From assembly GCA_964629085.1 (NCBI GenBank), contig CAZVPR010000001.1, positions 26,517 through 90,516 of the forward strand: 64,000 bases of DNA, given 5' to 3'. Shown in pieces: positions 28,179-38,456 of this stretch (positions within the stretch are counted from its first letter, which is position 1; every line of letters begins with the position of its first letter). The stretch is from an uncultured Anaerolineales bacterium. Lineage in GTDB: Bacteria > Chloroflexota > Anaerolineae > Anaerolineales > UBA11858. The translations under genes were made by a program, and so were the position numbers. The notes under the pieces are model-generated. The model did not search any database and was not told where the DNA came from. It worked only from the letters and a program-made list of their open reading frames with translations.

Positions 28179-29791
28179 TCCATCTCCGGCAATAGGAATG
28201 GTTTCTGTTGGGTTATCCCTTCGAAAATCACCTTCATTGATGGAGATTTCTCAATGGATAATTCCCGCCACGAAAAGGGCTCGATCTGAACATATCCTGG
28301 TGTTGGGTGAGTTTTGATGAATTTTCCAAAAGGCAAAGATACCCGAAAGAGTTGATAATACAAAAAGCGCCGGGCATTGACTTTATATTCGTCGGGCACA
28401 TTCAGTTTATTCGTAATCAAAAATTCCTCGGCCTTATTCTGATATGCCTGAGGCGATTGCGGAAAATGGACAATCGGATATTGCGTGAAACGCGCTTTTC
28501 CTCCACACAATACAGGCGTATCCAATAGTGTCGCCTCCAACCCAATGGAAGAGTTATACACCATAACAAACTTCGCCCGCCGGATCAGGTCATAAGAACT
28601 GACGTGGTCTTGCGAGTCAAAAAAGATTACATTCGGCAGCTTATCTGCCCCTTTGCTTGCCAACCAATCGCTGACACTTTCACGGGTCTGCTTACGAGTA
28701 CCAGGACGCTTTTCATCCGGATGAGCACGGATCACAAATAGAGTCTGCGGATGCGATTTGATGATTTCCAACACTAGATCCAACCAGGCGAACATTTGGG
28801 GAAATATCGTATTGGCATGGACCTGACTGGTATCAAAAACTACATTGGTAAACACCGGCACGATCTGGTTGAATTTTGCAGCATGATCTAAAAAATCATC
28901 ATCCAATCCATTCATTTCTGGCCAAAAGCGTATCCCAGCCATGGTGAAATCGCCTTTGAATCGCTTACTCAGGTAATCGTCCAGGCGGTGGTTTTGGGTC
29001 TCAGTTAGCTCAAAATCAGTTGGGATTTCAATGGGATAGGCTGTGGCATCCCCATCCGTGAAAAAGGCGGAAAACTGTTGAAAACTCACTTCTTGGGTGA
29101 TCGTACGAATGCCATGCTTGCGTGCTGCCCAGCGCGCCGTCGCCTCAGGGAATTGCAAACCGTTGAAAAGCACAACAGTTTGCGGTTTTAATTCCCGCAA
29201 AAATTTATCAAATTCAACTGCAATATTATAGGCTGACAAGATATATGCCTGAAGTTGATGGCGATTGGCCTTGTTGTCAACCAGGTGATGTTGTCGCAAA
29301 GCCCAGCGCAGCGAAGGCAGCACCAGTTTTCCAAGTGGAATAGTCTGAGAATCAAAAGTGAATTGGAAATTGGACAGTTCAGCCAGGGAAAGGTTTGCGA
29401 TTTCTTCCGACAAAGTTTGATTCTGTTGATAATCAAACCAGTGAACATCCGAGTGAGCGGTTAGTTTTTTGGATTGGGAAATACAAATTTGACAGGGCGG
29501 ATCAGCCAGGTAGTCATCTGGATTGGTACCCAAAACACAACGGCTCATACCCGCGCGGCAAACAAAATGAACAACCGGTACACCCTCGAGCTGGAGCCCC
29601 CAAGATGTTAGCTGAGTAAAAGCTGCATTTAAACTCAAGCCGCCCAAGCGGGACGAAGCATTAAAAAAGACTGCCGGGCTATATTGCAAATCCCGCTTTG
29701 AATTTTTTTGAATTCTGCGAGAAAGATTTGCAACCCGCCAATCCGCTTTCAATCGCAGCAAAAGCAGATGTAATCGCTGATTTATATTCAC
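28175..29791 (-). CDS. GT-B enzyme with HP motif, Capsule_synth (KpsC/KpsS)-like / CMP- or CDP-donor transferase candidate
   Basis: 538 aa. LFVIRAHPDEKRPG...FVMVYNSSIGLEATLLDTPVLCGGKARF fits the pattern HP...nS.iGlEA...g.PV...G. Confidence 0.5.
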   Translation of the reverse strand: MNINQRLHLLLLRLKADWRVANLSRRIQKNSKRDLQYSPAVFFNASSRLGGLSLNAAFTQLTSWGLQLEGVPVVHFVCRAGMSRCVLGTNPDDYLADPPCQICISQSKKLTAHSDVHWFDYQQNQTLSEEIANLSLAELSNFQFTFDSQTIPLGKLVLPSLRWALRQHHLVDNKANRHQLQAYILSAYNIAVEFDKFLRELKPQTVVLFNGLQFPEATARWAARKHGIRTITQEVSFQQFSAFFTDGDATAYPIEIPTDFELTETQNHRLDDYLSKRFKGDFTMAGIRFWPEMNGLDDDFLDHAAKFNQIVPVFTNVVFDTSQVHANTIFPQMFAWLDLVLEIIKSHPQTLFVIRAHPDEKRPGTRKQTRESVSDWLASKGADKLPNVIFFDSQDHVSSYDLIRRAKFVMVYNSSIGLEATLLDTPVLCGGKARFTQYPIVHFPQSPQAYQNKAEEFLITNKLNVPDEYKVNARRFLYYQLFRVSLPFGKFIKTHPTPGYVQIEPFSWRELSIEKSPSMKVIFEGITQQKPFLLPEME

Positions 29792-29847
29792 AAAGATTGT
29801 ATATTTTTTATTGAATTGATCGCGCTATTTTTGAATGCAGAATTTAT

Positions 29848-31734
29848 CTACTCAGAAATAGCTTCGAGATAGGCATCTGAAAGACGATTGATAGCAATAA
29901 TGAAACCTTCGCCCCCTCGTTGGTGCCCGCGCCAGATTTCGGGAATCATTGTGCCGTGATATTCCTTGACAATCTTGAAGAAACGCACCCAGTCGATATT
30001 TCCCTGACCAATTTGCAACCCTTCCCCATCCAAGCCAGCCGCATCGGAGAGATGCAAATGCGATATGTAGGGCAAAATGACTTTAACTTGTTCATAAAAA
30101 TCGACTTGTGCCCAATTGCAATAAAGCTTATGATGCGAAGTGTCGTAGCAAGTTTTCAATCCCATTGAATCAAGGAATTCTTTAATTTCATACGTATCCA
30201 TGAAGGCATTCGTCAACCACTGACCGCCAAAGTACCACGGATGAGGGGGTAAGTTCTCGATGAGTAATTCAATGTCATCGCTGTCAAGCGCTTCAACGGA
30301 GCGACCAAGATTATCATATAGACCCTTACGATCCTCAATTGGCTGATCCAGACTGGCGGCACCTGGGTGAACGACTACTTTTGGAGTCCCTGAGAAATGA
30401 GGAGCCATATCTCGGGTTACGTTTATGGCGCGCTGCAAGATATCCACAGACGCTTGGCGGTGATCATCATCAAATGTGCATAAATCGACCAAATGGTTAG
30501 TCCAAAACTCGGGGGCATGCACCACTAACTGTACATCCAAATCATCACCGGGATAAGGTTCATCCAGGTCCTTATCTGTGAAGTGGAATTCCAACAAGGG
30601 AGGTTCATATTTCAGCATTTCGCGAAAATCGTTGAAGCGAACAACCAGGCCCCACTTCATGGGCAGCGTATGTTCCACATCTAATGTTGTGCGCTGTCCC
30701 AAATCTACGGGTAGAAATGGATCATCCGCTTCAATGACGCGAGAAGCTATCCGTCCAACTAATTCTGTATACCGCTGGGGGGATAAACCTTGCCCAGGTC
30801 CTTTGACAGTGATCACTTCACGGGTAATTTCTTCTCCCGGCTGGATCTGATGTGTGGCTACCAAGCTTTTTGCCAGTACTTCACGGTTAAGGATTTCTCC
30901 CATCGTAAAAAATTTCTCATCGCCAGTTCCCAGCGCCAAAGTAACTTGTCGGATATCACGGACCATTTTTCTAAATCCATGCGGCTCTAAACTTGAAGCA
31001 TGGTCTGGACCATCCATAGTGCGATCGAGCGTGATATGCCGTTCAATGACGCTAGCTCCTAAAGCTGCCGCCACAGTCGATACCGAAATACCCCGTTCAT
31101 GGCCTGAGTAACCAACAGGCACTCCAAATTCCCGCAGGCGTTCCATAAATCTTAAATTGATATCTGCAAAGGCGGCCGGATAAGCACTGTTGCAATGTAA
31201 CAATGCAAATTCTGCTTTTTTCTCCTTTAGGAAATTCACCGTTGTCTCAACTTCTTCCATGCGAGACATTCCTGTAGAAACAATCAGAGGTTTCTCCTTG
31301 CCAATCAAATAATCAATCAGAGGCAAGTTGATCATATCCGCTGAGGCAACTTTGTAGGCAGGAACCCCCAAGGATTCAACAAAATCGGCGCTGTCATCAT
31401 CGAAAGCCGAACACATGAAAGTTATGCCTTTTTTCTGACAATATTCGACGATTTTGAAATAGTCATCATTAGAGAGTTCGACTCTTTGCAAAATGGGGAG
31501 CAGGTAATTGAGATTCTTCTCGCCAACATTGGCGTTATCCAAATATTTCTTTGGATATAACTTTTCCAAATTTCGTTTCTGGAATTTGACCGCATCTGCG
31601 CCAGCATCCACCGAAGCATCGATCAGTTCAAAGGCATATTCGAGAATACCATTATGATTTACCCCAATCTCGGCAATAATATAGGGCGAATGCCCGTCGC
31701 CTACGTGTCGATCACCAATTTTAATTTCTGGCAT
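29848..31734 (-). CDS. NeuB-family ulosonic acid synthase + SAF domain fused to a xylose-isomerase-like (AP_endonuc_2) TIM-barrel domain
   Basis: 628 aa. NeuB motifs: YIIAEIGVNHNG, AVKFQK, KVASADMINLPLIDY, VSTGMS, GYSGHERG. SAF region: LVATHQIQPGEEITREVITVKGPGQGL. C-terminal ~280 aa: ...VVHPGAASL...IENLPPHPW...ISHLHLSDAAGLDGEGLQIGQGNIDW. Confidence 0.8.
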   Translation of the reverse strand: MPEIKIGDRHVGDGHSPYIIAEIGVNHNGILEYAFELIDASVDAGADAVKFQKRNLEKLYPKKYLDNANVGEKNLNYLLPILQRVELSNDDYFKIVEYCQKKGITFMCSAFDDDSADFVESLGVPAYKVASADMINLPLIDYLIGKEKPLIVSTGMSRMEEVETTVNFLKEKKAEFALLHCNSAYPAAFADINLRFMERLREFGVPVGYSGHERGISVSTVAAALGASVIERHITLDRTMDGPDHASSLEPHGFRKMVRDIRQVTLALGTGDEKFFTMGEILNREVLAKSLVATHQIQPGEEITREVITVKGPGQGLSPQRYTELVGRIASRVIEADDPFLPVDLGQRTTLDVEHTLPMKWGLVVRFNDFREMLKYEPPLLEFHFTDKDLDEPYPGDDLDVQLVVHAPEFWTNHLVDLCTFDDDHRQASVDILQRAINVTRDMAPHFSGTPKVVVHPGAASLDQPIEDRKGLYDNLGRSVEALDSDDIELLIENLPPHPWYFGGQWLTNAFMDTYEIKEFLDSMGLKTCYDTSHHKLYCNWAQVDFYEQVKVILPYISHLHLSDAAGLDGEGLQIGQGNIDWVRFFKIVKEYHGTMIPEIWRGHQRGGEGFIIAINRLSDAYLEAISE

Positions 31735-31802
31735 AGTTTTTCTCCGAAATCAATAACCATGAAAACTGCAAACACATTCTCACTGTGCTTTGTGCATTCG
31801 TT

Positions 31803-32549
31803 TCATGTAAACTGGAATCCCAGATCATCTACGGTGATTTCCCCACTTTCCAGCAACCGTTCTGCCCTTCTCCAATCATCAGGTGAATCAATGTCAATCC
31901 ATTCGCTGGGATCAATCACCAATGGAAGAATGTGATCACCCGTCATAGAATTTTTTCGCAAAATCGTTTCTGTCCAGGCGGCGTCAACATAACCAGTTTG
32001 CCAATAGATTTCTGGTAAAACTTGGCGAGGCTGGTTGTAGGCTTCTCCAGGGACGCCAAGTTCGTTGCCAATGGGGTTCAAAAACCCATCAACTCCAATG
32101 CGCCACATTTTGAATGGATTCTGGAAAGGAACACAAACGGTACGCACGGCATCAGCATCGGGGCGCTCAACCAGCCGTAATACCGCCTGATCAATATGCC
32201 AAACACGTCGAAAGGGTGAGGTCGGCCGCAACTGAACTACAATATCGGGGACATAGTCTTCATTATCCGCCAACCATTCCAGGGCATGCCCAAACACGGG
32301 CAGGTCTGGCGTCGAATCTTCAGCGTGTTCTGTTGGCCGAATAAAGGGGGTTTCAGCCCCAAAGCGACGCGATGTTTCTGCAATCTCTTCGTCGTCCGTG
32401 GAGACAATCACTCGCGAAACTGTCTCTGCAGTAAGGCCAGCAATGATACTGTAAGCAATCAATGGATAGCCAGCGAAATCTAAGATATTCTTTCTGGGGA
32501 TGGTTTTCGATCCACCACGCGCGGGTATCAAAGCAAGAACTTCAGTCAT
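31803..32549 (-). CDS. CTP_transf_3 cytidylyltransferase (CMP-ulosonic acid synthetase, NeuA-like)
   Basis: 248 aa. VLALIPARGGSKTIPRKNILDFAGYPLIAYSI. Confidence 0.8.
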   Translation of the reverse strand: MTEVLALIPARGGSKTIPRKNILDFAGYPLIAYSIIAGLTAETVSRVIVSTDDEEIAETSRRFGAETPFIRPTEHAEDSTPDLPVFGHALEWLADNEDYVPDIVVQLRPTSPFRRVWHIDQAVLRLVERPDADAVRTVCVPFQNPFKMWRIGVDGFLNPIGNELGVPGEAYNQPRQVLPEIYWQTGYVDAAWTETILRKNSMTGDHILPLVIDPSEWIDIDSPDDWRRAERLLESGEITVDDLGFQFT

Positions 32550-32579
32550 CAGTTTTTATCCGGGGATGAAAGATCAACG

Positions 32580-33407
32580 TCACCAGGTTGTCCAACCTCC
32601 ATCTATCACCAAATTTGCACCAGTCATATATTTTGAGGCATCCGAAGCCAAAAAAAGCAATGCTCCATTCATTTCATCTTTTTCAGCCATACGGCCAAAT
32701 ACAGATCGTGCTGAATAAGCTTGAACGAATTCATCATCATGATCGTTAAACACACCCCCTGGTGTGATCGCGTTTACGCGAATTTGCGCATCTCTATCAG
32801 CATAATAGGCTGCCAAATATTTGGTCATTCCTAGAACCCCAGCTTTGGTCACAGTGTAATAGACCGGCTTATAATGAGCTGGTTGGCCTTCACGTTGATA
32901 CAATCTTTGATCCGGTGCGGTTAGCCCGTAAATCGACGATATGTTGATAATCACACCATGTTTCTGAGCTAGCATTGGTTTTACGGCTGCTTGAGAACAC
33001 AAAAAAACGCCTGTCAGGTTGACATCCACAGCTTGCTGCCAAAGTTCCAAGGGGTAATCTTCAAATGCGCCAGAATGTACAGTATCGGAAGTAGGATCGA
33101 ACTTCGGATCAAGGGCCGCGCTGTTCACAAGGATGTCAAGGCGGCCAAATCTCTCCAGGGTTGAGTCCACCATATCTTGAACAGAATCCCCCCTGGTCAC
33201 ATCTGTCTTTATGCCTAAAGATGAATATCCACTATGGGACAGAGAAGCTGCCAAATCTTTGGCAGCTTCTTCATCGATATCAGCAATTACAATGGAGGCA
33301 CCTGCACGTGCGAGAGTCCAGCAAAACTCTTCACCCAATAACCCTATCCCACCAGTGACAACGGCCACTCGGTCGGAAAGGTTAAAAAGCTCTGATAATT
33401 CCGACAT
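32580..33407 (-). CDS. Short-chain dehydrogenase/reductase
   Basis: 275 aa. VAVVTGGIGLLGEEF and the catalytic YTVTKAG. Confidence 0.8.
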   Translation of the reverse strand: MSELSELFNLSDRVAVVTGGIGLLGEEFCWTLARAGASIVIADIDEEAAKDLAASLSHSGYSSLGIKTDVTRGDSVQDMVDSTLERFGRLDILVNSAALDPKFDPTSDTVHSGAFEDYPLELWQQAVDVNLTGVFLCSQAAVKPMLAQKHGVIINISSIYGLTAPDQRLYQREGQPAHYKPVYYTVTKAGVLGMTKYLAAYYADRDAQIRVNAITPGGVFNDHDDEFVQAYSARSVFGRMAEKDEMNGALLFLASDASKYMTGANLVIDGGWTTW

Positions 33408-33417
33408 TTATCGGCCT

Positions 33418-35136
<1,719 letters not shown>

Positions 35137-35243
35137 CTAACGCAACTCCTGCATACATATTTAGCAAATCAATATCAATTTGATTTGACTTATTTTCTAC
35201 TTTGAAGACCCAAACAACATTATCTTGGGACATCACTGACATG

Positions 35244-35266
35244 AAAAAAGCCGACCAGCAGCCGGC
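35244..35266 (-). terminator. Candidate intrinsic terminator after the usp/TauE operon
   Basis: Minus strand: gccggc-tgctg-gtcggc (6-bp stem including one G.U pair) followed by tttttt. It lies about 85 nt downstream of the usp stop. Confidence 0.45.
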
Positions 35267-35349
35267 GACCTGGAATCATAACATGAAATTGATAATTATG
35301 CCGTTATTTTCGGTCACACTGATCACAATTATCCTGTAGCAATAATAGA

Positions 35350-36174
35350 TCAGACCAGTGTTTTTTCTCCCACAACCAAAATTGGAATAGTAACCTGAGT
35401 CAAAATTTGCTGCATGATGTCACCCAAGAAGAATTCTTTCAACCCTTTGGTAACCCTCGATCGTCCAATCACCAGCATGTCATAATCTCCAAGATTCACT
35501 TCCCGAACTATCTCATCGATTGGAATTCCACGACGTAATTCCAATTCACCTTCAACGTTGTTCATTTCTAGGATTTCTGCCCCTTTCCGCAAATGTTGAG
35601 CAATTGGAGTTTCCGTTTTCAGAAGTTCTTCAAGCGTTTCCTCGATTTCATGTAAACCAGTATACATGGAAGGCACGGCACCCGAAGCAACATGCAAAAG
35701 GGTAACTTTAGCACTATTAGCATTCGCTAAATTGGCACTCGTCGTAATCACTTCATTTTTTTTATATCCCCCACTCGAGCAAACCAGGATGTGTTCCAAC
35801 TTCGGAACACCATTGCGGATAACCAGGACTGATGGAAAAATGGACTGGGAAACAATCTTATCAATGGGCACTAGCCGAGGGATGCCCCTTGCTTTAGGGC
35901 CAACTTGCAAAATGACCAGATCATATTTCCCCTGATTGGCCTCTGAGAGCAGAACTCCGGCCGGGTCACCCCAACGCAGCAACAATTCTACATCCACGCC
36001 ATCGGCCATTTCTTGAGCTTTCTCGAAAATCTTTTGTCCAACTTCCTGATCCTCACCCCGGGTCAGAACATGCAATAAGGTGATTTCCGCTCCCATTGAC
36101 TTTGATAACAGCGCGGCAATTCTCACAGCTGACTGCTTTTTCCGCTTTTTGCCAAGATAAACCAAAACTTTCAT
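35350..36174 (-). CDS. Tandem universal stress protein (2 x Usp domain)
   Basis: 274 aa with two Usp-like halves (ITLLHVL...DLVILQVG...VLVIR and VTLLHVA...DMLVIGRS...ILVVG). Confidence 0.75.
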   Translation of the reverse strand: MKVLVYLGKKRKKQSAVRIAALLSKSMGAEITLLHVLTRGEDQEVGQKIFEKAQEMADGVDVELLLRWGDPAGVLLSEANQGKYDLVILQVGPKARGIPRLVPIDKIVSQSIFPSVLVIRNGVPKLEHILVCSSGGYKKNEVITTSANLANANSAKVTLLHVASGAVPSMYTGLHEIEETLEELLKTETPIAQHLRKGAEILEMNNVEGELELRRGIPIDEIVREVNLGDYDMLVIGRSRVTKGLKEFFLGDIMQQILTQVTIPILVVGEKTLV

Positions 36175-36194
36175 TTAGAACCATCCATTTTCAA

Positions 36195-37100
36195 TCAATG
36201 TATGCCTGCAACCCCCAATAAACGAAGGATGACCATCAACGCGCCGAAAACAGGCAAGGCAGAAAAAAACAATCGTATCCTGGGGCCAGCAAAGAAACGG
36301 GTCAGAGAAGCACCGATTTGAGCGCCCATAGCCGCACCGGTCTGCATTACAAGAGCCATCATCACATCTACATTCCCCTTTATTGCGTGGGTAATAGTTC
36401 CATATCCTGCAGAAAATACAATTTCAAACAAATCCGTACCAACGGCAACATGAGTTGGAATCCCCATGAAATACACTAATAATGGCATGCGAATAAAACC
36501 ACCCCCAACACCAAGAAACCCAGCCAAAAAGCCAGTCACCAATCCTACACCCAAGACCACCCATAAAGAGATCGAAGAAACTCCTGAAACAGGCAATTCA
36601 ATCATTGGAGGAATCCGAATGGCATGAACACGTCGAGCAAGTCCTTGAAATCCAACGGCATCATGGACATCAACCCGATCGGTGCGGATCATCTGCATGG
36701 CACGCATACTCTCCCAGGCGGTAAATCCACTGATCAACAGGAGAATAACTATATATGTAATGCCAATGATCAAGTTAACAGTACCCGCAGTTTCTAAAGC
36801 CTCAATAATACGAGCACCAATCTCAACACCCACAACTGTGCCCAGGATCATCAGAACTCCCAATTTGACATCCACATGCCCAAGGGCTCGATGCCGCCTG
36901 GCAGCCACCATCGACTTTCCCGTCATATGTGCCAGGTCTGTCCCGACCACAAAATTCATGGGGACACCCAGCCAAAACATCATTGGAGCCGCTAGAAATC
37001 CTCCCCCCACGCCAAAAAAGCCCCCCAAGATCCCTACTATAAATCCGATCCCTGCCAAGAGAAATGGATTTACGACGACGCCAGAAATTGGAAATTCCAT
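36195..37100 (-). CDS. TauE/SafE (TSUP) family anion permease
   Basis: 301 aa. Duplicated GGGF-type motifs (GILGGFFGVGGGFLAAPMM, and later GFLGVGGGFIRMPLL) with 8 or more TMs. Confidence 0.8.
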   Translation of the reverse strand: MEFPISGVVVNPFLLAGIGFIVGILGGFFGVGGGFLAAPMMFWLGVPMNFVVGTDLAHMTGKSMVAARRHRALGHVDVKLGVLMILGTVVGVEIGARIIEALETAGTVNLIIGITYIVILLLISGFTAWESMRAMQMIRTDRVDVHDAVGFQGLARRVHAIRIPPMIELPVSGVSSISLWVVLGVGLVTGFLAGFLGVGGGFIRMPLLVYFMGIPTHVAVGTDLFEIVFSAGYGTITHAIKGNVDVMMALVMQTGAAMGAQIGASLTRFFAGPRIRLFFSALPVFGALMVILRLLGVAGIH

Positions 37101-37111
37101 AAAGCTACTTT

Positions 37112-37360
37112 TCAGTCGAAACGGTCCAAACGCAAATTATTCAATAGAAATGAGGTCACCAAATCTAAGAAGATCCCCTGCACGACAATCAACCCTAAAC
37201 ACAAAAAAGCATAGAGAATAATATTGTCATGGTACAGGGAATTTAGCCAATTTCCAAGGAAACGTAATACGGCAAAGAAATACGCAATGACAACGAATGC
37301 ATAAAGAGCTAGCTCGATGAGATAATTGCGAAAATGGTTTAGGGTATTATCATCGGACAT
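37112..37360 (-). CDS. Hypothetical small membrane protein (2-3 TM)
   Basis: 82 aa. Hydrophobic segments LALYAFVVIAYFFAVL and ILYAFLCLGLIVVQGIFL. It is tightly spaced upstream of the TauE gene. Confidence 0.45.
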   Translation of the reverse strand: MSDDNTLNHFRNYLIELALYAFVVIAYFFAVLRFLGNWLNSLYHDNIILYAFLCLGLIVVQGIFLDLVTSFLLNNLRLDRFD

Positions 37361-37366
37361 TTTAAA

Positions 37367-38341
37367 TCACCAGCCCGTTACCAAAATATCTCCCAACAAT
37401 GCGTTATTGACAAAGATGACCGCGTGTTGCACATCGGGGAATTGAATTTCTATCGTCTCCCAAATTTGCGCACGCATGCGCAGCGCATGGCATTTGTCAT
37501 TCGGTCTGGGAACTTCACCTCTCAGCCAAATGTATATTTCTCTTTCCCAAGCAGTTGCTTCCACATCTTCAACGCGCAGCGAGGTCGCATAAGCCGGGTT
37601 AAACAAGCCATTATAATACTGGTGCTTATTGGCAAAAAGCGCTGTCAAAGCAGTAGTGATATCGGCAACCATATCCCCAGTACGTGGTTTACCAAAATAA
37701 AGATAAAGCAAACCATCACCGCATCCAAATGGGCCGCCGCTATTTTCGGCCACCAGGAAATAATAAAGTCCTTCCCCAGCCGGCAAGGAGGGCGATCCAG
37801 CCGCAGGAGTTGGAGGAGGTTCGGTTATTGGTAAACTTGCTACGTTTCCAGCAAGGGAAACGATATCATCAACAATCCAACAAGGCTCACCTTTGCCCTC
37901 GTACGTTATGACCCACCAAACTGGTTCGGTCTCGCTTTTGCCAATTACATTCGGCGAATCTCCGGCTGACTGATACCCAACGATGGGATAATCCATTCCA
38001 GGACCAGATCGGCAGACCGCGTCCCGATCGACTACTAACAAGGGAGGTTCTTCAGTTGGCGTGTTTGAAGGAATCTCTGTGGGAGTAAAGGTCGCAGTTG
38101 GTGTTTCTGTAGGGACTTCCGTAAAAGTATGCGTTGCGGTTGGTGTATCTGTAGGGGGAATTGGTGTCTCCGTCGGAATATCAGGGATGTTCGTCTCCGT
38201 GGGAACTTCCGTAGGTCCAGGCAAGTTGTTTGGTTGAGCCTGCTCATCTGTTGGCTCTGGCGTCGCAAATAAACTACATCCCGTTAGCAGCGCCAGCAAC
38301 AGTATACTTACAATCAAACGGATAAAAGTTTTGTTGTGCAT
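37367..38341 (-). CDS. Secreted lipoprotein with Thr/Pro-rich repeat linker, SH3b-like and GerMN-like regions
   Basis: The track ORF starts at 38380. I prefer ATG 38341 (MHNKTFIRLIVSILLLALLTGCSL), which has an AGGA RBS and an LLTGC lipobox. The repeat region is TETNIPDIPTETPIPPTDTPTATHTFTEVPTETPTATFTPTEIPSNTPTEEPP. The SH3b-like segment is CRSGPGMDYPIVGY...VWWVI. Confidence 0.65.
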   Translation of the reverse strand: MHNKTFIRLIVSILLLALLTGCSLFATPEPTDEQAQPNNLPGPTEVPTETNIPDIPTETPIPPTDTPTATHTFTEVPTETPTATFTPTEIPSNTPTEEPPLLVVDRDAVCRSGPGMDYPIVGYQSAGDSPNVIGKSETEPVWWVITYEGKGEPCWIVDDIVSLAGNVASLPITEPPPTPAAGSPSLPAGEGLYYFLVAENSGGPFGCGDGLLYLYFGKPRTGDMVADITTALTALFANKHQYYNGLFNPAYATSLRVEDVEATAWEREIYIWLRGEVPRPNDKCHALRMRAQIWETIEIQFPDVQHAVIFVNNALLGDILVTGW

Positions 38342-38417
38342 TGTTTCCTTTGTTGAAAAAGGGGCCATGAAGTAAAACAAGACTATTTACAGAACCACAA
38401 TTTTATTATGCATGCGC

Positions 38418-38423
38418 TATAAT
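38418..38423 (+). promoter_or_regulatory. Candidate -10 box (TATAAT) for the lone plus-strand membrane gene
   Basis: Exact TATAAT 34 nt upstream of ATG 38457. An AAGGTGA RBS lies about 8 nt upstream of the start. The -35 is weak. Confidence 0.25.
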
Positions 38424-38456
38424 GATGGATATTCAATCCAAAGGTGATTTTGTTGT

